From contig NEEC01000007.1 in NCBI GenBank assembly GCA_002189035.1, positions 1,984,001 to 2,048,000 of the forward strand: a stretch of DNA of 64,000 nucleotides, in the 5' to 3' direction. Each line of letters starts with the position of its first letter. Position 1 is the first letter of the stretch. Below, one piece after another: positions 46,360 to 61,312 of the stretch. Source of the stretch: Utricularia gibba. Lineage: Eukaryota > Plantae > Magnoliophyta. The translations under genes were made by a program, and so were the position numbers. A model generated the notes under the pieces. That model had not been told where the DNA came from. It saw only the letters and a list, made by a program, of their open reading frames with translations, and did not search any database.

Positions 46360-48595
46360 CTAGTCGGAGACCCAGCAGGAGCTAGCACTCAGGATCCTGC
46401 CTTTCCATCCTTGCAACATCCAGTTCCCATCTTTATCGAACAGAAAGTCTATGTGAGAAGTGGCCTTGCTTCTGCTCCTTAGCTTCTTCATCGTCTCTTC
46501 TTGCAAGGGGTGAGGTTTGAAACCAGCTGCTAAATGCCGCGACTTCCATTGTTTGTAGGTCTCAGGTCTCTCCACCCTCTCAGCCCCTTCACATGCTACA
46601 ACATTTATCACATCAAGGGCGTAATGTTCCTGAATAAACTCATTGAGGTCCGGGTTCCCTCTCGGCAGAATGGTACCAAGCATATCAAACAGCATCGTGA
46701 AGTGGAAGAGGGCCTCCCTGAAACGGGTGAGAAAGAATGGAGAATTGTAGGATCCATTGGTGACTGTGTTCACAAAAACACTTGGCTTCATTTTCCTTAT
46801 CATTCTCAGTAGCTTGTCTCTTGGACTGTCGGGTGCAACACTTTCGTCTAGGAACCGGCCCAGACGGAACAAGCAGTTCGCACATAGAACCTCCCTTTCA
46901 CAATCTTGAGGTCTTCCAGTTTTATGTCTTCCCAATGTTGCGAAGCAATTGGGTGGTACTCCAAAGAGACCCCAAAACGTTCACAGAACTTCTTCAAGTG
47001 TCGGCCTGTTTCCTCTACTCTTTCTGCGGGTCTAAAGCCTCGCTGAGGAAGCTCAATTCCTGTGATTCTTAGCTTGGGAGGGCCACCGGGTCTCTGTGAA
47101 AGTTGCTGAATGAGCGTAGGCCAATGGAAACCATATAGGATGCCAAAATCAACGATATGGAGAGTTGAAGCTTCTGAAGCAGCTGATATAATCATCTCAT
47201 TCGCAAATAAAACAGGCAACTTCTTGAATGGGCATGTGGAAAGATAGACTTTATATATCTTTAACAACTCAGAAGCTGTCAACTTCCTCTGAATTTGGGA
47301 TGCATAAAGCTCATTTCCAGTGCCACCTAAACGAGCTCGAAGAGCACGGCAAAATAGACGACCCACGCCATTGTGGGCAGCACCATTTGTTGGCAAATGT
47401 TGCTCAATCTGCTTTAGTTGTTCCTCTGCTGTCCTATGATCACCTGCAGCAACTGACTGAGCACAGCTAATCAAAAGACTACGGAGGTCCACTACATCTC
47501 CATTGTTGTCACTCTTTTTTGCTCGAGATCGTCGACTGGAATGACTGGCTAGTGCTCCTTGCGGCAAGCCCTTCTTAGAACCAGGTAGTTTAGCCTCCTT
47601 TGTACTAAGCTCTAAAACTTCATCATCATCACAACAGAGAGTCCTTTCAAGATATTCAGAAAGGTCCACATCTTCAACAGATACAGCAGATTGTTTGATA
47701 CTTCTCTCCAAATTTTCTGAATCGCCATCCCTAGGATAGTGATGTCGTTTCCCCCTTAGTGGAAGCTCAAAACCATCAATGTTATTCTTCTCTATTTTCA
47801 CAACACCAACCTTCATGACGTCTTCTGATTTTTCCGGCAGCATATATTTGTCCAAATCAATAATCAATTTATTATCAGTGGGAAGGAACTTGCTTGCCGC
47901 TTCCATCCCCTTTTGAACTGCAAAATAGACTCTTCGTTGTTGAACATGTCATGAAGCAACATTGTGCGATCAGTATGGCCTTCGGAGTCATCAACAGGGA
48001 TAGATAATGATTGCAATTTTTTCTGCATAAACAAATTAGGTGAAACTCCATTCCTATGATCCTGCTTCAGAGTAGAATTATTCTCACTCGGATCTACAAC
48101 CCATTGAAAATCTACAAAACTAGTAACGTCATCACAAAACCCGCTTGTACAGCCACTAGAACTATCAATGGTGGTTTCAGGGGTGTCAGTTGATTGGTCA
48201 GGATATGCCTCTATATTCATATGTAAAGGTGGGTATTCCTGACCAATAAGCTCATATAAGGATTTCTCTGTTGCTTGCAAGACAAGTGGGCCATGAAATG
48301 TGTTGATCATGTCATCCGAGTTCTCTTCAACCAAATACATATTGAGGTACTTCAGCATTTCACCGGGGTCCTGATCATCAGCAGACTCCGTTTCACAGCT
48401 GGCAGTTGCAGGGGAAGAACAGTTTTCAGGATCTGGGCTTAACGGGAGGAATGGAATGTCCGAGACATTGAAATCCATATGATGATGAACATCAGTAGAG
48501 AGGTACTGAGATTGAGTTTGTGAAGTGAAAAAATCACCATACACAAACTCAAATTCATTTGCAGCATCAGAAAATTGCCTTAACTGGGGATCCAT
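46360..48595 (-). CDS. SCL14-like: GRAS transcription factor, SCL14/LISCL clade, copy 2, with two one-base frameshifts in this sequence
   Basis: MDPQ start. Three overlapping ORFs join into one GRAS protein if one G is added at QFKRG|MEAASKFLP (C4 47907-47910) and one at IVKG|EVLCANC (C3 46893-46895). VHIID, PFYRE and SAW motifs are all present. Probable 5' UTR intron about 48655-49171. Confidence 0.85.
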
Positions 48596-49381
48596 CAAAA
48601 CCGCGCTACAGAACAAACTGCCGGGACTAGCCACTCAAATATCAACTCGATTACTGCATGAAAAGTTATAGGTTTAAGCACAAGGTTTAACAACTAATAA
48701 GACAAACCATCCTTACTAACACAAAATAACTACTGAATTCGAACCAGAGGTGATGCTACAAAACAGGAACATCGCCTACCAGATGACTTGGTAAGGTCTT
48801 CTTACACAGTCTCCTACCCAACATACACTATATTTAAGAACTCCCCACCTTTCTGAAACCAATAATCAAATTTAGCATCCACACCATCGTAAGGAAGTCA
48901 CACCAGATAGAATTACCACAAATCATGAATCACGATAGCGACACGAACGGCAAAGTATTTGTAGAATTCAATTTAGGGTTACGCAGAAGTCTAGAATTGA
49001 ACTATTGGAAGCTTCATTACATGAAATCAACTTATCTCCAGCAAAAACGAAAATTCCAGAAAAAAAATCAAAGACGGTAGACAAAAAAAAAAAAAAAAAC
49101 CCAACAAGCGGTGCTAGGGATCAGAGAAACAACAACTACAAAAACTTACAGGAGAACACCAACAAGCGTACCTTCTGGTGACCAGGAGGAACACAAGGAA
49201 CACTAACTATTTATAGTGGGCTGCTGCTAAGGCAAAGATAAAGATAAAGTGAGCTCTGAAATGGTGTATGACGACGACGATGAACTCATGACTCCGTTTG
49301 TATGGTATGGAATTGACTATTCTAAACATAATTGAGTGCATTTTTTAATTTGCTTCTGCTCTACAACGTTTCGGAAACCGA

Positions 49382-49397
49382 ATCGGGTCGACCCGAT
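49382..49397. repeat. Perfect 16-bp palindrome ATCGGGTCGACCCGAT
   Basis: Direct reading. The core GGGTCGACCC also occurs at 36886-36895. Confidence 0.9.
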
Positions 49398-49479
49398 GCA
49401 TATTTACGGGTCAGCCCACCTCAATTCACAAATTTATTTCTTTATTGCATTTGAGATTATGCGGAAATTTCTAAAACAA

Positions 49480-50420
49480 ATGTATTAGAGCGAGGTTTAC
49501 GATTCTTCCTACATTCCGTGCGCCATCTCTGGTTTCGAGGTTTGTTGCTTTTGAGTTGGGAGTTTTCAGTTGATATATGATATTTCTAAGCTTCGGAGTC
49601 GTGCGTTGTTTGCCTGTTTTCGGAAGTTTTTGATTTGTTGTAGCGTATCATAGATTTCTTGATAGGTGCCACCCTTTGCGGAGCAGTTTGACGATTTCCT
49701 GTATAGTGTTTGTTAAAACGTGCCCTAGATTTTTGGACGAGTTTCTGGGTCTACCGGATCAAGATTGGTGTATGTAGTTGATTGTGCATTGGGGTCGTGT
49801 TGCATGCACTGTTCTTCCGCTACTCATCGTGTTTCAAGTATCATTTGCATCTGAGATATTTTCCATATTTGTTCCTGGAATTTGGATTTTGAAAGCTGGT
49901 GAGTATGGGGACTGGAAATGTTAGCTTTACATATGATCCATAAGTACTGGAACCTTTACTCATTCATCCATTTCATTCCCTTTGAGCATCACTTCTACCA
50001 GGCTTAGTTAAGTTGCATTATCTCTACTTCTTCCTAGACTCTTGACATATCTAATCTTCACTTCACTGAGTTTGACAAATGGTACTCGCAACACACCGCA
50101 GGTACCTCCAGTGTCAAGGATGTCAATTTAGCTTGGCCAAATATGATTTGTGATGAACTTTTCGACAATTCAGCCAAGAGTTACTCTCTTCACAAGAAGA
50201 TCAGAACCCATTGAAGCAGTTAGCCATAGGGGAATGGCTGATGGCAATAGCGGTTAAGTTGTAAGTGGAATCTCCATATGGGAATCAAAGATACATACAA
50301 GGGGCAGTTCTGAAAGGGTCGGATATTGCTAATATGAATTGTAGGGACAGAGGACCGAGCTCCAAGAAAGATACTTAAGCTGGTGGATCGAAGACTAGAT
50401 CCAAGATAGGTGACTAGAGA
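49480..50420 (+). pseudogene. Probable decayed TRP/TRFL (telomere-repeat-binding protein) gene remnant
   Basis: Splice-like 5' UTR architecture (donors 49540, 49899; acceptor 50037) and ATG 50079 (MVLATHRRY...G.Q). QLAIGEWLMAIAVKL*VES (50217-50273) aligns without gaps to the recalled TRP motif QICAxELLAxVAGKLLxES. DRAPRKIL near 50353 resembles DRRIRKIL. Stops and frameshifts are present and no telobox was found. Confidence 0.55.
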
Positions 50421-50795
50421 ATGCATTTCTGTTATATATGCAGACGTGATGACAGCTCTTTCAAGGCCTCAAAGTAGCTATGCAGCATTTTCTGATCTGA
50501 TGCTAGCCAGTGAAAAAACCATCTCGTTCTCTTTCATACTTATCATTCTATTTTTTAATCTCATTTTTAAGAAAATTCATTTTCGTGCAGTGCATAGCCT
50601 AATTTTGTTCTAGTATTTTGCTTGTAGTAAGTGTAATAATAAAATGATTATTAAATAATAATAACAAGTATTTGCATTACAGCACCTTATTTATGGCTAA
50701 TTTACATTTCAGAGAATTTGGTCGAGTCTCAGTTTGCCGAAGGATCGTATAAAATGGCGGCGGATCTGTTGGGAGTGAATTGAGTGGAAAACGCG

Positions 50796-53700
50796 ATGGA
50801 TGAGGAATTGCTGGAATTGCAGCGGCAATTCGAATTTGCGCAGCAAGCGAAATCCAGCGTTCGCTTGTCTGAACGGAACGTTGTTGAACTGGTTCAGAAG
50901 CTCCAGCAACTTGGAATCATCGACTTCGATCTATTGCACACAGCTTCCGGCAAAGAATACATCACTCCTGTGAGTTTTTGGCATCCGATGATATTAACTG
51001 CTGCTTGAGCCTTTGTTACACAGCAACATAGCGATTCTAATGCCGCGTTTGGTTTTCGTGTATTGTTGTAGGATGAATTGAGAAGTGAGATTGTTTCCGA
51101 GGTGGACAAGCGGGGACGGGTATCTTTAATTGATTTGGCTGAGGCAACGGGGGTGGATTTGTATCATGTGGAGAAACAATCACAGCAAGTTGTTGCGAAT
51201 GATTCTGCACTGGTGTTGATTAATGGAGAAATTATTTCAAACTCGTACTGGGATTCTGCTTGTGAGGATATCAATGATAGGCTGCAAGAGTGCAGTCAAA
51301 TCTCGTTAGCTGAAATTGCTGCCCAGCTTCAAGTGGGCTCTGAGTTGGTTTTATCTGTTGTTGAGCCACGTCTAGGCACTCTGGTATTCCGCTTATCTCA
51401 AGTTATGTATTCTAAAACTACTGGTTAAGTTCTGCAATTTTGTTTTTCATATCTGCAGGTGAAGGGAAGACTTGAAGGTGGGCAGCTATATACACCAGCT
51501 TATGTTGCACGCTTAACTGCAATGGTTCGTGGTGCAGCTAGAGGAATTGCCGTTCCAACAAATTTGTCTGTGTTGTGGAGTTCGTTACAGGGTTTGTTAC
51601 AAGATACAGACGTGTTCAAGGGCGTGGCTGTTGAGAGTTCTTTCTTCCAAACATTGTTCAATGGGTTACTGAAAAGTGATGAAATTCTTGGTTCACTGCG
51701 TGGATCGCATTGGACACCTATGGTATGCTCGATAATTGTTTTTTTGTTTTAATGAAATTTATTTAAATGATGCTCAAACCAGGGTAGTTGTTTTCGGACT
51801 ATGTTTCTCCTTTACAAGCTACTGTAGTTTTCCTGCTGGGAAGATGTATGAGATTAAACCTTTTTTATTAATATGATCTCGTCCCTTTTGTAGGTCTTTT
51901 CCATTGCACAAACTGCGTGTGTGGATTCTTTCTTCTCCCAGGCATGATTTTTCTTAGACGCCTGATCCCAACTTTCATATTGTTTTCTTATTCATATATA
52001 TTTTATTTTTCTATCTGCACACCAGAAGTTACTTCGAAATTCAATGAATATGCTAGTCACCTGGTTTCAGGGCAGTACACATTTTATCTTTTCGTTTTCT
52101 GCAGAATTCTTTCATAAGTTATGAAACTCTTCAGACTCTTGGAATTCCAAAGCCTCTCCAATATCTTCAGGTTGATTTCACTTAGTTGCTTCTGTGTCCT
52201 TCAGAAGGACTTGCCATTTCAACAGATTTCACTACTCTCGAGCTCATTAATTTTTTCGACTGATCAATTTAGTCCAGATATCCTGATGCTCAACCTCTTA
52301 CCACTGTCTTTGCACATGGTTCACTGATTGAAATGGTAGGCGCTGCTGTTGAGGAGGCTATTGAACGTGGTAGCTGGTTAGTTCTTGTTCTTTTACAATC
52401 GTTCTACTTTCAATGTAGCATCTCCATCGTATTTATTTGTCAAATTTTGACAACTTCTTAAAGCACAGACAAGTACGAAACGTGAGAGATTTAACTTAAT
52501 AACTGAGAAAGAACATAGTTTTCATGCCAACGTAACCTGTTTGCAAGTAAGCATGCTTGTGAAAAAGTGATTTCACAAATTGCTTTTGTTTTCACCCTTA
52601 ATGTTTAAGTGCCGGAGGCCATTCAGATTGCTAATAATGTTATAGTTATGATATTCTGTGTATTTTTTGTTGCACTACTCGTTCTTTGGGTGAGGTGAAT
52701 AGGTTCTCGTCCCTTTTTTTTATGTATCACTGTGAGGAATCTGTCGCTTATCTAATTCTGTTCGTACCACTCCCTCTCTTAATGCAGGATAAATTTGCTT
52801 ACACTTTTGCCATCTTCATTCTCTTCTCAAGATGCTTATAAGATTCTTTCACTGTCTCCTTCTGTTCAGAGAGTTCTCAAGGTCATCTAATATTCTAGAG
52901 CTGTTTTTCGTCGTTATTCTACATGCACCTCTTTTCTTACTATTTGGTCCTTGGTTACAGTCTAGCGAAGCACATGTTCTTGGGGAATCATATGTTTTCA
53001 GTGAAAAGTTTGTGAAGGTACTCATCTTCCACTCCATATACGTGGATTCACTCAATTTCTGATCTGCAACACTGAGAATTTATGATCCAATAAATTCAAA
53101 TGAATATGAGTTGGGTTGCTTGGTGTTTTTGTGATCCTTTCAAAAACGTTGATTTATTTATAATCCTATGCATTATTTTAAAAATTGTCCATGATCCACA
53201 GAGATCAATGAACTAAATCTTACTTCTAATGCATTCAGGAACTGTATGCATCTATTGACAAGCAGCTAGAAAGCATTGATTCTTCTGGGTATGCTGTTAC
53301 TGGGTCTTCAGAAGATTCATATTCCATCATAGGGGCCAAACCTGGTCATGAAGATAGAATTGATCAAACGAAACTAGGTGATTATGACAATCAGAGTGTT
53401 ATCAGTGCATCAACTTCAGACAAGGGATCGAAAAAGAAAAAAGGAAAGCCTAATGAGAATGCCAAGTCCTCCTTTGTTGAGAATCCTATGGATATCCAAG
53501 ATTTTGCCCCTAAATCCAAGAAGAACCAAAAGAAAGGGAAAGCTTCTATGATTGGCCAAGCTTCAGAAGCAAAGCCGACTTCTAAAAGAGATGCTGAGAA
53601 ACTCGAAATACCTAACTTCATTTCAGAAGAATCAATCATTGAGAGGTTAAGGTCATTAGTGCCAGAGTTTGAGGAACAAGGTGGATTGTGCCATAAAGTT

Positions 53701-55609
53701 GCATGCTTTGAATAAATAATTTTTTTTCATTGTAGTTATTTTGATGAAGTGTTTTTTGGTATAGGTATGGAAGCTCCTGAGATGGTTCTTGCTTCCTTGT
53801 CGAACTATTTGAGACCAATGCTAATAAATTCATGGAATCAAAGGAAAAAGTCTGCGTTTTCTCAGAAGTCTCAGAAAGTGAAGCAGGCCCTTGATGATTT
53901 GCAGCGGAGGATAGATGAGGTATTCTGTGTTAGTTCATTTTATCATCATGGTCTAATTCCATTTGTTTCAATATTTTGACGATGCTGCTTCTATCTCATT
54001 TGAATGACGTCCGCCAGGAGTTCTTAAATATTCAGTTGTATGAAAAGGTGCTGGATATATTCGAAGATGATCCACCAACTTCTGTAAGTCGTTATCTAAT
54101 GTTTTCTATATTGTAGCTAAGTTTCTGATAACAGTTTCTTTTCCATCTTAGGGTCTCTTGCACAAACATTTGTTAAGAACCACAGCCACGTCCATTGTGG
54201 ATGCTCTGCTATCTAACATTGTATGGCTGCATTCTTGTTTTTTTTTTCTCAGAATTGATTTCCAAGTGCTGAACGTTAATGTTAGATATGGACGTTGTAA
54301 TGCAGGACATCCACAATAAGTTGACTAGTGGGATCCTCACAGCAGAACCTCAAATTCATACCGAATGCATGAGCCATTCAGATAGAATTTCCTTGGTACA
54401 TTTTCTTCCCCCCCAGGACACATATTCAACAAGTTTCACGCACGGGTAATGGGATTCTTACATTACCTTTCTCTTCAGTCTAAAGCGTTGGATGAACCTC
54501 TGTCAGTCAGAGCTATTAAGCTTGTTGAGGCATTGGAAGGAAAGGTTGGTCCACTTTCATGAAAAATTCGTAAGCGACCGCTATTTTCCGAATTTTCTAA
54601 CATTAGGTTTATTCGTGTCATGGCTAGAGGCTGGAACCATTTATGTCCGCAGTGAGAGAACTTTCTGAAAAAAGGTAAAGATGGATAACAGGAGTGAAGA
54701 TCTGTTATTGCCAAAATATGTAACTCAAAGTTTCTTTCTTACATGTTATTTCACGTTTTTTCAGTGGAATACATCTCAGAAAGCTTGACAAGAAGATGGA
54801 AAGGATTCTTCTGCATTCATATCGAAAGGTAGGTGCCTGATAAATTTTGGTGTCAAATTCATGTTCTCTATCATTGTTCATGACTTCACGTGTTTCATAT
54901 GATCCTGCAATGCTTTGGATACATGAATAAGTGAATGCTGTTCCATCAGTAAATCATGCTTTTGATCCCTGAGCTTTTGACAGGATTTGACAGCACAAGT
55001 TTCATCGGAGACCGACCCTGTTTCCCTTCTACCAAAAGTTGTTTCTCTATTATATGTACAGGTTAGGGAACTTGAGTTTTGGTAATTAGATTTTATAAGC
55101 CTGAACTCTCGATTGTACGGTTTTTTGATAGTTGTCATTTTCTTGCAGTTACACGGCGGGGCTCTTCAAGCTCCTGGCAGGGCCATCGCAGCTGCCATTT
55201 CTCATTTAAAGGTAGAGGCGCCAAAATGCTCCACGTTTACCATTGGAAAAACCTCGGATGTTACAGCTCTCTGTCGCATCCGTAAAACTTGTTCGATCAG
55301 TCCGACGGCATGGATACTACAGCTTGCTTTGTTTGCAGGATAAACTGGATGATTCAGCTTTCAAGAATTTGACAGATTACCACAGTTGCACAGTGAAGTT
55401 TCTGTCTCTAGTTTCCGCTGCAGCAGGCCAAGTGAGTGCTGTGCCCATACTCATCATACACATTTTATGCATGGTTGGTGTGTTGCTGGTATATGCTACA
55501 CTTGGTGTAGGATGATGATCGCGCAGTAGATGCAATCTCTACGGAGAAGGAACGCCTGGAGAGTTGCATGCCGGCACTGAAGAGCCTAGTTATGGGTGGC
55601 AGTTCATAG
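50796..55609 (+). CDS. UFL1: E3 UFM1-protein ligase 1 homologue
   Basis: Twenty exons, all in phase (first 50796-50969, last 55511-55609). MDEELLELQRQFEFAQQAKSSVRLSERNVVELVQKL, GRLEGGQLYTPAYV, ALQAPGRAIAAAISHLK. Intron 4 is GC-AG. Confidence 0.95.
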
Positions 55610-55997
55610 CCGTCTGAATGCTTGCTATGTCGGGCGGGGGATATGGGCGCTCTACAGCATGCCAAGACAAAGCAGCAAAGGAGCACTGATGAAGCCTCTA
55701 AAACTTGGTGGGAATTGACCCTCTACAGCAAAGTGTTTCCCGAAAAAAAAAAAACAGAAAGCATGAAATGTGGCAGACAAGTCATCGAGCTGGCCAACCA
55801 CTGGTTTGTGAATCAGCTAAAGCAAATGTGCCTTTTCATTATCACAATATGAAGCTGAGTCCAGTTTAATTTTTTAAATATTGAGATTATGAGATCATTC
55901 GGTTCGCCTGATGACTCGATCCCCTATAAATAGCCCCAGAAACAGGCGGCAATGACAAATGGAAGATAGAATTGATGATACCTGATAATGAGCAGGT

Positions 55998-58537
55998 TCA
56001 AGATGCCTCCTTTCTTAAGATATACTCCACGGCCTCTTCAACGGTGTCTACGACCTGCGGGTGAAAAGAGCATCACTAAATGCATGAGGTTTCAGAAGAG
56101 AAAGAAATGTTTCGATTAATTACCAGATCAGCCGGATGTGCTTCATCGTTTTCCTTTCCTTTGAAGACACCAGTTCTTGTAAGAATGGAGAACCAAGGGC
56201 GTCCAGCCTGCAGCAACCATTTCTAGTAACTGGGGGAAATGAAGGATGGGGAATAAGAAGCAATGAGTTCGTTGAGTGGAAGAGAAACCTGCCGAGCACC
56301 GTTAATGTCTACTGAAGGATTGTCTCCTATCATGTACAAGGCTTTGAACGGAGGCTGAGCATTTTTCGGATGTGTAGTGTCTGGACGTCGAAGCTCAGCG
56401 AGCACATTTTCAGCATTCTTGAAAACTGATGGATTTGGTTTTCCGAAGGATGAGTACACCAACGGATTGGGGTAGACACTGCATGTTGATGCAGATGATA
56501 TCAGTTTACTGAAAGCTTGGAGTAGTTAGGAGGAAAATAAGCGAAAAGATTGCTCAAGTTCAAACTACCACCTGTTATAGACTGATTCTAGTGCAATCCT
56601 GAAAGCACCCATGCCGAGACGCTGCACAGGAAACAGACCCTACCTTCATGAAACCGTGACAGAGTTAGGTTCAGTAAAAGGCAGGTATAAAATTGATGCA
56701 AAAAAGGCAAGTAAACTGACCTGATAGGAAAGGTCATCGCTAGCAAAATAAAGAGGTGGTTGGCTTGAAATTTCTCCTCCAGGGAGACCTCCTGTGCTCA
56801 AAATATCACACAAAACCTGCATATATTTTGTTGGAAAAAACGAGAAGGCCCCTTCAATGGACATTAATGAAACATGAGACGCTCATCAAAACACATTTCG
56901 TCGAAATCTCATCAAAGGAAAGGATTCTAGTGATGAGCACATGGATTATTTTTGCTGATTAGCATCTTGAACCTCGTTTAGGGAACACAAGAAGCACACA
57001 GGGTTGTAGGAAAATGGGCTAAGTTTACGTGATCACCTGGATATCCTTGCTCCAATCAACAGAATCACTAACGATGAAAACAGCCTGCACCCTCTGTGAG
57101 CATGGGCCATTCCTGCCAGCCAATTCTGGAGATCTCGTTTCGTGGCCAGGAAACGGCCTCCTCCAATTCTTGAATTTTGCCAACGGATCAATATGTTGAA
57201 AATAAGATGTGTATTCATCTATAGAAAGCACATTTCTGGAAAGTTTGAGCAAACAATGTAATCAGAAAATTAGAGAAAATTCATAGACCATGCAACTGCA
57301 GGAACAATATGTCTTACTTAAAGCCATATTCAGATAAAACCCTTGAAGGTTCCCCTTTTCCAACTGCAATAACAAGTTCGTTTTGAAATCTGCAGAAGCA
57401 AGATATATATTAAATCTGAAATTCACAACCGAGCCACTCTTTTTTTTAGATCCGATGTGTTTTTTATTTATAGAAAAATAAAAAAACAATGAACATGCCA
57501 CAACTACATTACAATGATGGAAAATAGACGAACCTCGTAGCAAGCTCTTTGAAAGGAAAATGCCCTTGTATAACCTAGAAGACTCAGCATTAGGCCATCA
57601 ACATAAAAAAGCCCCCGCACTTCATGATGGAAAAAAGAACAAAAGAAATAGGATATCTACAAGCATGCTAGAAAACCTGCGAACGCAAGACTCGGACACC
57701 CAAAAGATTGCTAAGCTCAGTAGCTCGTTTAGACTCCGGAAGACCACCTCCTGTTCATATGATAAAATATAACTACAGGCCAGCTTATGGGAACAAAACT
57801 TAGCAACACCGTACACGCTTAAGGCTCAACATGACGTCGAGTTTTCCACAGAGATAAGTAGTCAATGGCTTTGATAACAATAGCTCTTGTAATTCAAAAA
57901 ATCCAATTAGATAGAAAATGCATGAGCTGCTCACCGTTAGTCAGGAACGCATAGGGAATTCTAAGGGCGCCTGCTAGGAAAAGAAAACAGGCAATTAGCT
58001 TTCGACTAACACAAATATCAGTCTAATTCCATCACTGCCAAGACCACCAAATTGTTCGGTTTAGAGAATTTTACTGCTTTCATGCATGCTTTGATTCGTG
58101 AAAAACACTTATCTAAACCATCATCAAACTATTTATTACAAACATCCCGGTACAGCTGTGAAGCATCATTAAACTATTTATTTTGATGCTGTGAATCAAA
58201 ATAAACATTATTATCACAAATAAGAAGAAACAGTTCCCAATCACCCGATTCATCGTACAGTCGTTTCAATGCCTGCGGAGAGCCGCCGATGGGCCTCTCG
58301 CCCCTCAGAATCACGCCGTCAATATCAAAAGCAATCCCAAACGTTACACTGCAAGAAAATCCGCAAAACTTCTAAACACGCTCATACATTGGGAGAAAAA
58401 ACAGCGAACATTTAGAGCAGATAGTACGCTTGAAGACTCTTATGCGAGAAGAAACGGCGATCGGACAAAACCGGAGGAAATCGGTAACCCTTTCGTGGAG
58501 AGTTGGACGCATTCCTGAGGAGTCGCAAAATCCTCAT
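55998..58537 (-). CDS. HAD-superfamily IIA hydrolase (CECR5/HDHD5-like), probably mitochondrial
   Basis: Twelve exons, in phase (first 58537-58428). Basic presequence, FGIAFDIDGV, FLTNGGG, RLGMGAFRIALE, FGKPNP, YMIGDNPSVDI.GA, ILTRTGVF, VVDTVEEAV. Confidence 0.93.
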
Positions 58538-58966
58538 TCCTTCTGTCGCTCGAGTGGTTTCATTTCTCCGTTATTTCAGTTTCAAAATTTATAATGAAAC
58601 AGAAATTCATTTCTTAAGTAAATTTAATTAATCTCATAATTCAAAAATATTATAATGAATATTACTTAAAGAAATCATTTACAAATATAATTATATTCCA
58701 TTTCTTTTTCACTAATTAAAATAAAAAAATTACAATAAAGATAACTATTTTTTTTTTCAAACATATATCAGGATAGGATAAATTACACATTACATAAACC
58801 CTAAATATACGATCTTCATCAGAATATGGAATATTAAAAACAATGTAATTATAATATGAATTCATAAAATAGCAGAATATATACCTTACGTTCACAGGAT
58901 GTATATATAACAGCATAGAGGTGAAACACCAAAATCTCTCACATTTACAACCAACTGGAAGGAGCA

Positions 58967-60601
<1,635 letters not shown>

Positions 60602-61312
60602 CTCCTATTTCTGCAACGGCTCTTCCTCCTAAATTCGCAATTTCGAAGGCAAATTGAATTTGCTTTAGAAACCTTCTAGTGGCGTCTTTTACTTCCAACG
60701 CTTCAAAAATTTCAAAATGTTGTATGCGCTCTTCCATTACCGACATGTTCCATGGGCCTTCAACAGTAATTACCCAATAGCCCTTTTGGGCTTTGGTTTT
60801 CAAAATTAGGCCATATAATTAAAAATATTAAATATATCAAATCATTTTTACTTCACACAAATTTGTTTTAGTAGTATAAAAATTGTAATTAACTTGCATT
60901 AACTCATCTTCATTTTCATTATTTAAATTCAATATTTTAAATGATAAAAAAATCATAAATTATTTGTACAAATAATTCATGATTTAAATGATTTGACATT
61001 ATTTAAATTGTTATTGAATTATTCATTTTTTAAAACATATATTTTAATAATAAAAAACAAAACAATCAATTTAAATTGATTAAATTATAATTAAAGTATT
61101 ATTTTTTCTTAGTTCAAATTTAACATTAGTTAACAATTCAAAACAATTTAATTTAATTGATTTTTTTAAATATTGATAATTTTGTATATTACTTCCCAAT
61201 GTTTTTGGTTTCATAAGATTTTAAAGAAAATAAAGATATCATCATCTCCAGTCGAGAATCTCTGCAAACAAAACACAGGATCTTGGCATTGTAACCGCAA
61301 GCTGATCCATGG

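Noticed and set aside
50441-50499. Box C (GTGATGA 50446) and box D (CTGA 50492) with a 4-bp terminal stem; a second C/D pair at 50150-50241
   Set aside because: The first is very short, I recognised no rRNA or snRNA complement, and the second overlaps the TRP-like fossil. A snoscan or Rfam run would settle it.
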